Of a stretch of DNA of 64,000 nucleotides, positions 1 to 12,329 are shown piece after piece (within the stretch, counting starts at the first letter, position 1; the number at the start of each line of letters is the position of its first letter). The stretch is from Eledone cirrhosa (lineage: Eukaryota), in contig OZ024741.1 of NCBI GenBank assembly GCA_964016885.1, positions 229,462,001-229,526,000 of the forward strand, read 5' to 3'. The notes under the pieces were generated by a model. It searched no databases and was not told the origin of the DNA. It saw nothing but the letters and a program-made list of their open reading frames with translations. Made by a program: the position numbers and the translations under genes.

Positions 1-80
1 ACTTGGTGTCCTTGAAATCTGTATAATGAAATAAATATGGTTTTATAAATATAGTTTCCATTTGTTAATATATCGTATAT
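1..80 (+). mobile_element. Truncated HHR-bearing pseudo-LTR repeat (3' half of a hammerhead, cut by window edge)
   Basis: TTGGTGTCCTT-GAAA-TCTGTA-TA-ATGAAATA and the following AT-rich sequence match the reverse complement of ~50965-51040. Confidence 0.75.
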
Positions 81-152
81 ATAAATATATATATATATAG
101 TAGACGTCCCTCCTCCTTCACCCCCTGTTGACGTCAAGTCCCCCCAACGCAC

Positions 153-941
153 TTGGGATGCAATCCATTGCAGCCTGGCCTCAGACAGGCTCACGCGCCA
201 GCTCGACCAGCACCACCTTGTTTGTTTTCGTGCGGCCCCTCCCAACACCACAGTGGTGCCTGGCTCCGTGCTCTTCCCTCCGTCTCCACTGGCACGCATC
301 TAGACAACCATAGCCTGCGAATCGGCGTTTCCCTGAGGCTCGGCCTCCGGATCTGCCAGCCACACCAATGTCTCTGCGGTTCCACCGTGTACTCTTTCGG
401 CCTCCACCCGCTTTGCTGTTGCCACAGTGCCGGCCGCATTCCACGCCATACTGCCCTCAACGAGGTCATTAAGTATGGTTTGGACTCGGCAGGCTTCCCT
501 TCCCAGCTCGAGCCGGTGGGGCTGGATCGAGGGGACGGCAAAAGGCCAGATGGCATGACCATCTTCCCTTTCCGCGGTGGCAAACCCCTCGTCTGGGATG
601 CCACTTCCACCGACACTTTCTGCAGCCGCAACCTGGTGCAGTCTGCGACTGACCCAGGTTCTGCTGCACATCGGGATGAGGGGGCCAAACTCCTCAAATA
701 CCGGTCGCTCTCCGACAGGTTTGCGGTCGTTCCCCTGGCAGTGGAAACTTCTGTTGTCCTCGGCCCCAGGGCTACCTCCTTACTCACCACCATAGGCGCT
801 GAGCTGGCCAGCCGTAGGTGTGAGACCCGCGAGTTTGAGTGGCTTTTCCAGCGCGTCTCCCTAGCCGTCCTCCGGGGAAACGCCTTCCCCATTCTGTCCG
901 CCGGGGCTGTGGGTGGGCCCCATCGCATACCATTACATTAG
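153..941 (+). pseudogene. 3' fragment of CRE-like non-LTR retrotransposon (Cys/His knuckle + restriction-like endonuclease)
   Basis: CLCG..HPLCC..GRIPRH..LNEVI, EPVGLDRGDGKRPDG..LVWDAT..DT, AVET, LFQRVSLAVLRGNA; RT absent; related copies at 21778 and 28376. Confidence 0.85.
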
Positions 942-1029
942 TTAAATACCATTCTTTCATCTCATACACATATATATATATATGTACGTATGGGTTTACC
1001 TATAATTATCTATGATTAAAAAATATATA

Positions 1030-2248
1030 TTAGAAAGTGAGGTTTTTTTTTACAAAATGAAAAATAACCGAGGTGTCCTACACGAATGAAAGTATACAGA
1101 AAAAAAGATGAAATCGAAAATGCAACTGTAGTCTTATTTAAAAATATATATATATATTTATTTGGTTCCTTTACCGGTTTCGTAGTTCTTCTGCTTTTCA
1201 AAAGTAGAGTTGAGATGGAGGGTCTGTGGTTTTTCTCACATCTGGTTGGTCTCTGAATGTTACTTGTTTTATATGGAAAAAAGTGGCTCGAAATGCTAGG
1301 TTTTTAGAGAAGTAATTTGATTGGTTGGTTAACAATTATAATAAATTTCGAGCCAGTTCGCGTTACAAAGTTCTTCAAACAAGCGGGGGGGGGGGGGGGG
1401 GGGGCACAGGTTGTTTTTTTCATATATGAGAGTTTGAATTTCTTTTTACTGAAAAAACAGAGGCTCACGAAGGCTTTTTTTTAATAAAGGTAATTTGATT
1501 GGTTATAAATGAAATTATGGCTGTCACGTGAACAAGTTTTCATTAAATTTTCGCGCCCTTATTTGGAAATCTATTCTGTAGCCTTTTTAGAGGATTTTAT
1601 GACAAGCAAAAGATAATGGTCAAGAGAAATGGGATGGGAGAATTGTTCTGGTTCAGTGAATATGGTTAGTTCGCTGGCGTGTCAGAATTCAGATTTTCTA
1701 TTGAAGTAAAGAAAGTAAAGATGTGTATGTTTATTTGTGTGCTTGTGTGTGTGTGTCTGTGTGTGTGTGTGTATTGGAAGATGATTCTATTAGTAGAAAT
1801 GGTGGAGGGAGTTGTGTGTGTATATATATGGGTGTTATGTGTGTGTGGGAGTATGTTAAGATGGAGAGAATATATATATTTTGTGTGTATATATGTGTGT
1901 AGGAAAGTGATTATATTAGTAGAAACGGGGGAGGGAGTAGTGTGTGGGGGGTTGTTATGTGTGTGTATGGGTGTTATGTGTGTGGGAGTATGGTTAGCAT
2001 GTTAAGATGAAGAGAATATATATATATATATTGTGTGTGTGTAGGAAAATGATTCCTGTAGTAGGAATATTTTTGAATGAACATATTTTCCTTACTTATT
2101 CGTATTTGTTCTGTTGTATTGTCAGCGCAAACGTATGTTAAGGTTTATTTAGTTCGGGTTTTTATTTTCTAAAGTAGCAGATGTTATGTGTGTGTGTGTA
2201 TGTGTCTGTTTGGATGGTTAGCATGTTATGGAGTTGACATAAAGTATA
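1030..2248 (-). mobile_element. 3' UTR/pseudo-LTR of the adjacent PLE, with internal tandem repeats and an HHR 3' half
   Basis: Downstream of the GIY-YIG stop; ~125-bp repeats at 1770-2060; duplicated ORF tail at 2060-2131; GAAA-CCGG-TA-AAGGAA on minus strand at 1166-1181 with no CTGANGA half. Confidence 0.55.
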
Positions 2249-4050
2249 TTAAACCATATTTACTGCTGGTCTATATTTTTGAATAAACATACTTTCCTTA
2301 TTTATTCGTATTTGTTCTGTTGTATTGTTAACGCAAAGGTAAAATGGGAAGACTTGGAATTTGGGTGTCTTATTACTTGCGCATATGTCTAGATGTGCAC
2401 TTAGTGGTATCTGTCTCGTGGTTGGATCTCGTCATTTTTGGCGATGAACTGTCATTCTGTTTCTGAGTGTGAGTTTAGTTTGTCCTATATAATCTGCATT
2501 GCATCCTTTACATTTAATGACATAAATTAAATTTTTTGATGAGCAAGTGAAGTGATTTTTAACAGCAAAATTTTGTCCTGATTTAAGTATATATGTGTTG
2601 CCTTCAATGAGGTGAGTGCAGGTTCCACAATTAGAGCGACCACATTTTTTGACAGTTGGTTGTGGGTTTGTGGTTGGTAATTTGGTATTGGTGAGTAATG
2701 TTTTCAGTGATTTCGGTTGTCTTTTGCTTTTGATTATTTTGTGTGTTTCAAGGGCTTTTTTCATTCTTGGGTTTTGTTTTAATAGTGGGATGTTCTTGTA
2801 AATAGTGTTGTAAGCTTCCGCATTTCTTGGGTTGTTTGTTGAGATATATGATAGAATATTGAACGTACCTTGAATTTGTTTCTGTTTTCGTAATTCATCA
2901 ATGCCTATTGCTTTAGCCCTTTCTATTCCATTATTTATTGGTAATGGTGGGTACTCTCTTTCGAGTAGAATTTCCTTTAATTCTTGAAGTCTTTTATTTC
3001 GCGTTTCATAATTGGAGACAATTGTGCACATTCTTCTTGATAGGTTAAAAGGAATGTTCGTCTTCGTGTGCTTTGGATGGTTGGAGGTGAATAGCAGGTA
3101 TTGTTTGGAATCTGTTGGTTTGTAGTGTATGTCAGTTTCAATATTTGTGTCTTTTTTTAAGATTAAGATGTCCAGAAATGGGAGTTGATCTTGGCTGTAT
3201 TCCATTGTGAATTGACTGTGGTTATTGATGCCGTTTATTAAGTTTTTGAAATCCTTCAGTTGGTCGAGTGTGTGGGACCAAAGAATCATCCAAGTAGCGT
3301 TTCCAATTCTCTGATAAATATTTGTGGAAGTTCAATCCGTATTTTGATTTGGACTGTTCATATATCTGGACTTCTAAGTATGCCATGACTAAGTTGGCAT
3401 AAGTTGGATCGGCTTTTGTACCCATCGCAGTCCCCGATATTTGCTTGTAAGTACTGCCATCGAAATCAAAAAAGTTGTTCTGTAAGACGAATTTTAATCC
3501 CTCGGTGATGAAGCTTTTTTCTATTCTGCCAGGTATCTCATTGGGATATTTCTCTAGCCAGAATCCTATTGCTTCTAGTCCGTATTGGTGTGGGATCGTT
3601 GTGTAGAGATTCACTACATCGAAAGTCATAATAATAGTGTCGTTGTTGACATGTTTGGGGAGGTGGTTTAAGAGGTCCAGATCGTCTCTAACAAGGCTTG
3701 GTATGTGTTTGAGAATTGGTTTTAGTAGTATGTCTATAAAGTTGCTCAGTCTGTTTGTTTCACATTGTGGGCCCGCTACAATTGGTCTTAATTTAAGGTC
3801 TGTAGAGTATTGTGTGTTCACGCAGGCTGAGGTGGATTGTTTACAGGCATCGTTAATTATTTTACACTTGTGGATCTTCTGAAGTCCGTAAAGGTTGCTG
3901 GTTTTGTATTCAAAATGTTTAAATAATCGCGTTCCTTTTTAGTTAGGTCTTCCTGGTATCGATAAATCAGTGTGTTTAATCTGGTCATTGTTTTTGATTG
4001 CTGGTAGTGTTTTACTCTTTCATAGTAATTAGTATTTTGTAAGAGAGAGA
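2249..4050 (-). pseudogene. Penelope-like element ORF (RT + GIY-YIG), Neptune-like, frameshifted and 5' truncated
   Basis: LRPIVAG, FDVVNLYT, GTAMGT, RYLDD, PFLD, KPTD..YL..SNHP, Cys linker CGRSNCGTC, LIYVIKC..YIGQT..RMTVH. Confidence 0.93.
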
Positions 4051-4059
4051 ACATAGAAT

Positions 4060-4121
<62 letters not shown>

Positions 4122-4224
4122 TTTTGCAAGAGAGTCAACATGAATGGACCTGTTATTTTTATCTAAAGACATTTTTTTCCAATTCCATCCCGCCCGTCCC
4201 CTCAATCTATCTTATTTCTCATTC

Positions 4225-4264
4225 TTTCTTCTGATGAAGGATTAGCATCCGAAACGTTAAGAGA
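4225..4264 (+). ncRNA. Minimal type I hammerhead ribozyme motif
   Basis: TTTCTT-CTGATGA-A-GGAT tagc ATCC-GAAA-CG-TT^AAGAGA; palindromic stem III AACGTT; downstream flank recurs inverted at ~7320-7370. Confidence 0.75.
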
Positions 4265-4360
4265 CTCTTCCTGCTATATCAAGCGTTAACCTAATATACC
4301 CCTTCCATATACTGTACCGATTGTGTTGTTATTTCTGTTTATCTTTTACATACATATATA

Positions 4361-4945
4361 TCATCATCATCATCATCATCATCATCGTTTAACGTCCATA
4401 TTCCACGCTTGCATGGGTTTGGACGGGAGTTTTCCCACTTGAGGCAAGAGTGGTTGTCTTGCTCGCATAGGACTGTCTGGCGGGTTTTCTACGGCTGGAT
4501 GCCCTTCCTAACACCAACCACATTTACAGTGTGGAACTGAGAGGTTTTTACCGTGTTACCTACACGGCCACATTACAGCGTGGACTGTGTGTTTTTTTTT
4601 GTCGTGACACCTACACGACCTCATTTGTTTCGGCCTGGATGTTGTGGTACCAACATAACTTTACATTGAAAGGGGCGGTGTGGATGGGGTGGGGGTAGTG
4701 GGACGGGGGTGTATTTTGTTAGAGGTGCCTACTGACTGTAGTAGGTTTTACTTGGTATTTAGGTAAGGCGGGTCTTCTCTATTACTGTGTACCGCCAAAG
4801 ATCTCGGTCCAGTGACATTGTCTTGGAGAGGTGTAAGTGTGTGAGGTCGGAATTTATCAAGTCGTCCCAGGCTTTTCTGGGTCTGCCTACTCCGTAACTA
4901 CCGTCTATTTTTATTGCCCTGCACTTTTTTTATACAGCTGTCGTA
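4361..4945 (-). mobile_element. RTE-clade LINE 3' end with (ATG)n tail
   Basis: Minus strand encodes G..GVGRPRKAWDD...DRDLWR, then a 3' UTR and a (CAT)n tract on the plus strand. Confidence 0.75.
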
Positions 4946-4964
4946 TATATACATACATATATAT

Positions 4965-5710
4965 ATTTGGCCGGAGTATCACAAAAAGCTTTCTACGATA
5001 ATGTATTTATTTATTTACTCTTGGTGCAACAGATATGAAATTCCGGATATAAGGTTTGACTGTCTTTGTTTATTTTTTTATATATGAATATTGATTGTTT
5101 CTTGTATCTCATTCTGTTATTTTGCCCGAGAAAATATCTATGTGTGTCATCAAACGTTGTACACACACAGATATTTTTTCAAGTTCCAATTGAGTTCTAG
5201 CACGTGGCCTGAATTCCTTTTAGAATTCATTGTCCTGCGCATGTATTGTATTTTTGGCGGTAATATACTTCCTCATTTTTGAATCAGTTTGAGTATTTCT
5301 TTAGAACTGCTGGAGTAGCAACCTAACAGATACCTCAGGCACTGATGGTGATTATCGCTAAATACTAATATTGATTAGATTATCAATATTAGTATTATTG
5401 GGCACCCACTGATGAATTATAAGAGCCCACTTTAATATATATCTGTTGATTTTGTACAAGCTCCTACATAAATTGGTATAATTTCACCCAAATTGTAGGA
5501 ATCTTATAATGAAACGAGACGTCCATCTGGGAAGAGATATATTCGATATGTCTCATATGAAATAATACAGCCAATTTTCCACACAATACATTTAGTTAGC
5601 ACCCCGAACGTTTAATTAGGAATATACTAACTTATTTCCTAACGTTTGTTGAGTGAGTTGGAATTTGGCCGGAGTATCGCAAAAAAGCTTTCTCCAATAA
5701 TGTATTTATT

Positions 5711-5712
<2 letters not shown>
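4965..5712 (+). mobile_element. ORF-less HHR-bearing element, 698-nt monomer with ~48-nt terminal direct repeat (retrozyme-like)
   Basis: ATTTGGCCGGAGTATC..AAAGCTTTCT..TAATGTATTTATTTA at 4965 and 5663; (TA)n on both sides; HHR at 5405-5531; inverted homologue at ~48880-49665. Confidence 0.75.
5405..5531 (+). ncRNA. Hammerhead motif with large branched stem II
   Basis: CCCA-CTGATGA-ATTATAAGA...TCTTATAAT-GAAA-CGAGACGTCCA-TC^TGGG; stem III imperfect. Confidence 0.7.
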
Positions 5713-5746
<34 letters not shown>

Positions 5747-5912
5747 GCAGTTGCCCAATATAGGTTTGTTATTATTTTTCTTAATTTACTACTTTAAATT
5801 AAGTCTGGCAAACCATATTGCTGTAGTTAGTATTTTTTCACCCTAGCAAACTTGGTCCTTACAATTTGGACACATGTATATTTATATTAGTGTTCATCTC
5901 TCTTGTTTATTC

Positions 5913-5915
<3 letters not shown>

Positions 5916-5974
<59 letters not shown>

Positions 5975-6250
5975 TATATATATATATTTCTCTCTCTCAG
6001 TCTTTCTCTCTCCCTTTCTTTCTTTCTTTCTCTCCCTCTCTCTATCTATATATCTATCTATCTCTCCATCTCTCTTTCATTCTTTCTTTCTCTCTGCCTC
6101 TTTCTCACTCCACCCTCTCTCTCTCTCTCTCTCTCTCTTTCTTTCTCTCTATCTCTCTCTGTCTATCTATCTCTCTTTCATTCTTTCTTTCTCTTTCTCT
6201 CTCTCCCTCTCTCTCTCTCTGTTCTCTTTCTCCCCCCTCCCCCCCTCGCT
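5916..6250. repeat. (TA)n and (TC)n/(TTTC)n microsatellite block
   Basis: Simple repeats seen directly. Confidence 0.95.
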
Positions 6251-7075
6251 CTCTAAATTTATCAATACATCCTTCCACACTTAAGATTGGTGACAGCCAG
6301 TCAACGGAACAAATGACAACATAAATACCATCACCACTACCTCTACCATTATCACGGCCAGCATCTTCACCGCCATTACGATCGCTGCCAGTGCTAACTT
6401 CACCACCACTTCCACCATCACCCTTAGCAGAAACCCCAACCACAAACTACCCACCAACCCATTCCCTACCATACCACCCTTCAAGCCACCCTCCAGATAT
6501 TAACAGTAATAGCCGTAACACTAAATGAACTAACTGAAAGTCGATGCTATTATGAACTAACTGAAAGTCGATGAACTAACTGAAAGTCGATGTCAGTAAT
6601 AGGATTTGCAACTTCCGGAATCCTAATTTTACGCTGATGCAAGCTAATCTATTATCATCTTGGATTTCCATCTATCGAGTTATCTGCCTGCCTGTCTGTG
6701 TAACTGTCTGCCTATCTGTTTGCATATCTACCTATCTATACACATAGTTATCTCACTATTCATTTATTTAGCTATCTAACAGTTTGTCTAGTTAGCTGTC
6801 TAGAAAGTTATCTATATATATATATATGCAGTTATATACTTTTAGTCCAGAATTAGCCGTCGAAACGGCTTGAGCTCAGCCGTCGGGGTCCTACTCGTTC
6901 CTATTACCCACTCCACTACCCTAAGTATTGAATACTTTGGTGCGTTATGGTCCATCTGGTTCCTTACCACATTTCCTTCGTTATATATACACATATATAT
7001 TTTATGTAAAACCCCCGCCGTCACGTCTTGTAATGTCCCATTTTTGTACGCCCCTGTGGCAAATAAAGAAAGATA

Positions 7076-7109
<34 letters not shown>

Positions 7110-7229
7110 TATATATCTGGTTGTATATCTGTTTAGCTATCGTTTTTATCTATCTAATTAACCTTTCTCCTTTTCTCTAGCTCTCCCTACTATATATAAA
7201 GAGAGAGTGTGTGTGTAAGAAATAAAACA

Positions 7230-7325
<96 letters not shown>

Positions 7326-7454
7326 GGTAAACAGAAATAACAACACAATTTGTACAGTATATGGAAGGAAACGATATCTCTCTCTCACGCTTGTTTTATT
7401 TCTTACACACTCTCCCCATCTCCTTCTGCCTATTTAAGACAGTGTATTGTCAAA

Positions 7455-7860
7455 GGTGCAAGCATAGCTGTGTAGTCGAAGAGACGTAAGACAGTATGTG
7501 GACTCTTATTGTGCGTGGCTTAGTGGTTAGGATGTTTGGCTCACGATCAGAAGATGGTGAGTTCGATTCCCTGACCGGGTGGCGCGTTGTGTTTTTGATC
7601 AAGACACTTTATTTCACGTTGCTCTAGGCTCCTCAGCAAGTAAAAGTGAGTTACCAGTAATTATAGGGGACACAGCCTTGTCTCGTTGAATCTCCCTGAG
7701 AACTGCTTTAAGAGTGCAAAGCATTCTATCCGATGTTCTAACGAGTCTATCCATTCGCCGCTTCAGTGTTGTCTTGGATGCACCTAAAAAGACGGGATGA
7801 TCAAAGCTGGAATGTATTTACTCATAACTTTATTTAAGTAAGTCTAGCCAGGAGCTATGA
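7455..7860 (+). mobile_element. Degenerate tRNA-type SINE cluster (second family)
   Basis: A-box TGGCTTAGTGG and B-box GAGTTCGATTCC at ~7516-7570; GAATCTCCCTGAGAA motif shared with ~9390 and ~27875. Confidence 0.6.
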
Positions 7861-8042
7861 GGCGAAATGACTGTTCCAGCGTGTCTTCCTCGCCGTCCTC
7901 CGGGACAATGTATTCTCCATCCTGTCGGCTGGGATCAAGAGGCGGAGTGTAAGATTGTATATATATTTTGTTTTTTTAATTTATCATCACATTTCTGTAT
8001 ATTTGAACATTTGTATATATCTCTAAATAATATATTCAACAG

Positions 8043-8425
8043 ACTCACTAGATAATTGTTTCTACTTTAGTCACAAGGCCAGCAATTACCCAGTTTATTA
8101 CTGGTACTTTATTTTATCGACCCCGTAAGGATGAAAGGCAAAGTCAACCTCGGCGGGATTTGAACTCACCGAGGTTGACTTTGCCTTTCATCCTTACGGG
8201 GTCGATAAAATAAAGTACCAGTAATACTCACTAGATAATTGTTTCTATTTTAGGCACAAGGCCAGCAATTACCCAGTACATTACTGGTACTTTATTTTAT
8301 CGACCCCGTAAGGATGAAAGGCAAAGTTAACCTCGGCGGCATTTGAACTCAGATCATAAAGGGACGTAACTCTATGCTTCAAAGCATGGTGTCCGACTCT
8401 CTACCGATACTGCCAATCCACCAAT
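8043..8425 (-). mobile_element. tRNA-type SINE with internal direct-inverted-direct triplication
   Basis: Core GCCTTTCATCCTTACGGGGTCGATAAAATAAAGTACCAG occurs three times, the middle copy (8169-8225) inverted. Confidence 0.9.
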
Positions 8426-8512
8426 GTTCTAGAAACAGTGTCTGAAAAAAACGGGATAGTTACGCCTAGAATCCCTTTAATCATAGGTCTACTGAATCAA
8501 GGCTAAATAACG

Positions 8513-8571
<59 letters not shown>

Positions 8572-8990
8572 CACTACTACTGTGGATGAAGCATGGTCGA
8601 ATGGTTAAGAAGTAAGAGTTCGTAATCATTAAGTCCCGAATCCGATCTCACTGCGTAGTATCTTTGGCAAGTGTCAATAAACAGAGCTTTGTATTCACAA
8701 CATGGAAGAAAATGTACCGAGTGTTTGGACATTATAGAGTCGTAGGGGCGCCGTATTGACATACGGTGTTTCTTGGGCATTTTAAGCCTGGCGGCACCCA
8801 TTCCTCTCCAGGCTTGAGTACAGCAGATTTCTTCCAGAGAAAGATAGAACATGAGAGAAAGGAAATGAGAAAGAGATATAGAGGAAGAATCGACCTCAGT
8901 ACTAGACTGGTACTTTTTTTTATCGACCTCAAAAAGATGAAAGGCAAAGTTGATCTCCGAGAGCAAAGAGCTAAAACGAATACCATAAAG

Positions 8991-9192
8991 CAGGCATGTC
9001 AAACTGAGGGTCCCCCGAGGGCCACATGGGTCACATATGTGTTGTCTGAGGGCCACACACGACAACTAATTGCGGACATTACAACTAATGTTTTTTTTTA
9101 TTTTATATTACGAAGATAAAACATGCTCGCACTGTAAACCTTTGTACGGGCCGCAGGTGTGCTTGTAAAGGGCCGCATGTTTGACATGCCTG
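8991..9192. mobile_element. hAT-type MITE nested in a SINE
   Basis: TIRs CAGGCATGTCAAAC / GTTTGACATGCCTG; perfect 8-bp TSD CCATAAAG at 8983-8990 and 9193-9200. Confidence 0.93.
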
Positions 9193-9517
9193 CCATAAAG
9201 CATTATGTCCTATGTTCTAACGACTCTGCCAATTATCCGCCTGTTAGGACATTAGTAAATGGCAATTGTATGGTTTGCCTAGCTCTGTGACTAAACAGTT
9301 TTGTTATTGGGTAGACGGTTACATTTCAGAATCACGGCGGATGGACTGTACCTGTAATTCAAAAGGCCAATCTTGTCACACACTGCCATACTGAATCTCC
9401 CTAAGAATTACGTTAATGGAGCACATGTCAGTAGAATGCTCAGCCACTTGCACGTTAATTTAATGAGTAGGTTCTTCCGTTGATCCCATAACTGTAACAT
9501 TCCGATGACGGTCCATT

Positions 9518-9558
9518 CTACTAATACTACTACTAATACTGCTACTACTACTGCTGCT

Positions 9559-9589
<31 letters not shown>

Positions 9590-9598
9590 ATGATGCAG

Positions 9599-9639
<41 letters not shown>

Positions 9640-9760
9640 GATGATGATGATGCAAGTACTACTACTACTACCACCACCAGTATTACTTCTGCCACAACCA
9701 CCACTACTACTACAGCTACCACCATCACTACTACTTCTACCACTATTACTACTACTTCTT

Positions 9761-9818
<58 letters not shown>

Positions 9819-9820
9819 CA

Positions 9821-9851
<31 letters not shown>

Positions 9852-9852
9852 G

Positions 9853-9892
<40 letters not shown>

Positions 9893-9894
9893 CA

Positions 9895-9928
<34 letters not shown>

Positions 9929-9929
9929 G

Positions 9930-9989
<60 letters not shown>

Positions 9990-10549
9990 TTACTGCCGCT
10001 GCTGCTGCTATTAACACATTGTTAAACACAGGTAAGGGGAAGCTGCGAGGTAGTTTGGTAGATTTGAAATACGAGGCGCTCGTAAAATGACGAAAGTGTG
10101 TCCCCTAAAAAAACGTCTGGCGGAGCATCAATGGTGGTGTGGAAACGAGAAGACCTTGTTGTTATAGTGTCGGGTTATTTGTTAATGTAGCAACTGTGTA
10201 CTGAATCATAATAGGGAATACAAGACACCGGTAATGTAGTAGTAGTTGTAGTAGTAGTAGTTGTTGTAGTATTAGTAGTAGTAGTAGTAGTAGTAGTAGT
10301 AGCAGGAGCAGCAGTAGTAGTAGTAGTAGCAGCAGTAGCAGTAATAGCAGTAGTAGCAGTAGTAGTAGGAGTAGTAGTAGTAGTAGTAGTAGCAGTAGTA
10401 GTAGTAGTAGTAGCAGCAGCAGCAGCAGTAGTAGTTGTAGTAGCAGCAGCAGCAGCAGCAGCAGTAGTAGGAGTAGTAGCAGTAGTAGTAGTTGTAGCAG
10501 CAGCAGCAGCAGCAGTATTATTAGTAATAGTAGTAGCAACAGCAGCAGC

Positions 10550-10587
<38 letters not shown>

Positions 10588-10593
10588 AGCAGC

Positions 10594-10634
<41 letters not shown>

Positions 10635-10644
10635 AGCAGCAGTA

Positions 10645-10675
<31 letters not shown>
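9518..10675. repeat. Long (CTA)n and (TAG)n/(CAG)n trinucleotide tracts in opposite orientation
   Basis: CTA-rich at 9518-10010 and TAG-rich at 10217-10675; source of spurious homopolymer ORFs. Confidence 0.95.
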
Positions 10676-11159
10676 GTGTTGGTGGTGCTGGTGGTGGCTA
10701 AGTGTATAAAATGTATATAATATACGAGTATATATATAGTGATGCTGGTTGTGCTGGTGGTGGCTAAGTGTATATATATATATATATATACAGGTTAATA
10801 TAAATTAATATATTTGATAAACACAAATATCAACATATTCATGTTTGTATTGTAAATGACCAAGTTAGCTAGATTGAAATATACTAATAATAATACTACA
10901 GTTTGCCTGTCTTGACTTAAGATAATAAATCAACAAAAACAAATTGTATTGGCAATTAACCTGTATTACACGGCTCAGAAATACTCTTTCTTTGAGCTAT
11001 TTCATTGTAAAAGACTGCCTGAGATTTGAACTCATTATTATAGATTTATATATATATATATACATAAGCGGCCTCCTGGCCCTCGCCTTGGTTTGTACTG
11101 TGCTCATATCTATTGATAAGACACCTATTGGCATCTATCGTAATACCCATTTTCCTTAA

Positions 11160-11640
11160 AATAGAAGATATCAAAGGGTATTCAAATATTGCATAATGTA
11201 ATTTAAAAATGATTTAGAATATCTAAAATCAGAAATTTGTTTCGATAATGTGAAGCTGTAGTTCAGTCACAACCATACGCATCCCATTGCACAATCATGG
11301 CTAATCCAGGTTTCTGGGATGCATGATAACTGTGCCCTTCTTCACTTCATGGTTGTATGGCAGCATACCGGATGGTTACAGACTGTTGAGAAATTCAATG
11401 GGATAATGAACAGCCTCATCCTCGTCGACAACTTTGTCGATAGACTTATATGTCTGGCTACGTCCAGGGATCATTTGTAAGAGATTCTGTTTATGACATT
11501 CACTGTGATGTTTTTGGAGGCAAGAATTGCTCTTTCACACAGCTCCTTCTCATTATGAAACACTTGATTAAGTTCACAACGCTTTCCACAACAGTAGAGA
11601 AAGATGAAGGATCAACACAACCTTCAATATCAAGAGATTG
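11160..11640 (-). pseudogene. Helitron PIF1-type helicase fragment (absent from ORF track)
   Basis: Manual minus-strand translation: [50 protein letters not shown]. Confidence 0.85.
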
Positions 11641-12329
11641 CTTTTCTATAAATTTAAACGGCTGAGAGATGCTTATCTATAACTCCGAGGATTTCCCTCC
11701 CTACCCGTCTCTGTTATTCCCACTGAAGAAAGCTCCGAGTCTCACCCCCACACAAATTCCGTTTTCAGAAAAGAAGGCGATTGCGAGCATGCCGGAGGTC
11801 AGATTAGTTGAAAAACACAAAAAGAAAACAGGAAAAACATTTCCTTCGCGATCCCCAGCGGGTGCTTTTCTATAAATTTAAACAGAGAAGTGCTTATCTG
11901 TAACTCCTAGAGTCTCCCTCCCGCCCCATCTCTATTTTCGGAAAAAGAAGTAGTTGACGAGTGAGTCAAATGTCAGATCGGCCGACAATAAACGGAAACA
12001 CCTAGAAAGATTTTAGTTAGTTAAGGACATGGGTGGTAGAGTAGTATTTCCTTCTCTCTATATAGATAGCATGATGGCACAAGATTTGGCAAGGTTGTTT
12101 GTGGAAAACCAGCAGTCGCCTATGCATACTAGTCTCCCCTCTCCACGCCATCGATGTTATCCAAAGGAAAAGCAATGGCCGATACAGCTTGGCATCAATG
12201 ATATGGCAATTCATATCTACATCTCAGTGAACTGCAGCAACGTGAAATAAAGAGTATTGCTAAAATAAAGTGCTGCGAAGGGTCGATAACATCAGCTGCA
12301 TTTGGGATGCCCTCGTCCTCTGCACGAGG

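Noticed and set aside
191-928. 245-aa minus-strand ORF and other antisense ORFs over retroelements
   Set aside because: Shadow frames of GC-rich transposon coding sequence with no recognisable motifs
9408-10539. Long poly-Thr/Leu/Val/Tyr ORFs
   Set aside because: Translations of trinucleotide microsatellites; the same applies to the YI/CV/HT/SL-rich ORFs near 5866, 21304, 22624, 28871, 48533 and 60389
11718-11775. CTGAAGA...GAAA as a hammerhead
   Set aside because: No stem I, II or III pairing could be built
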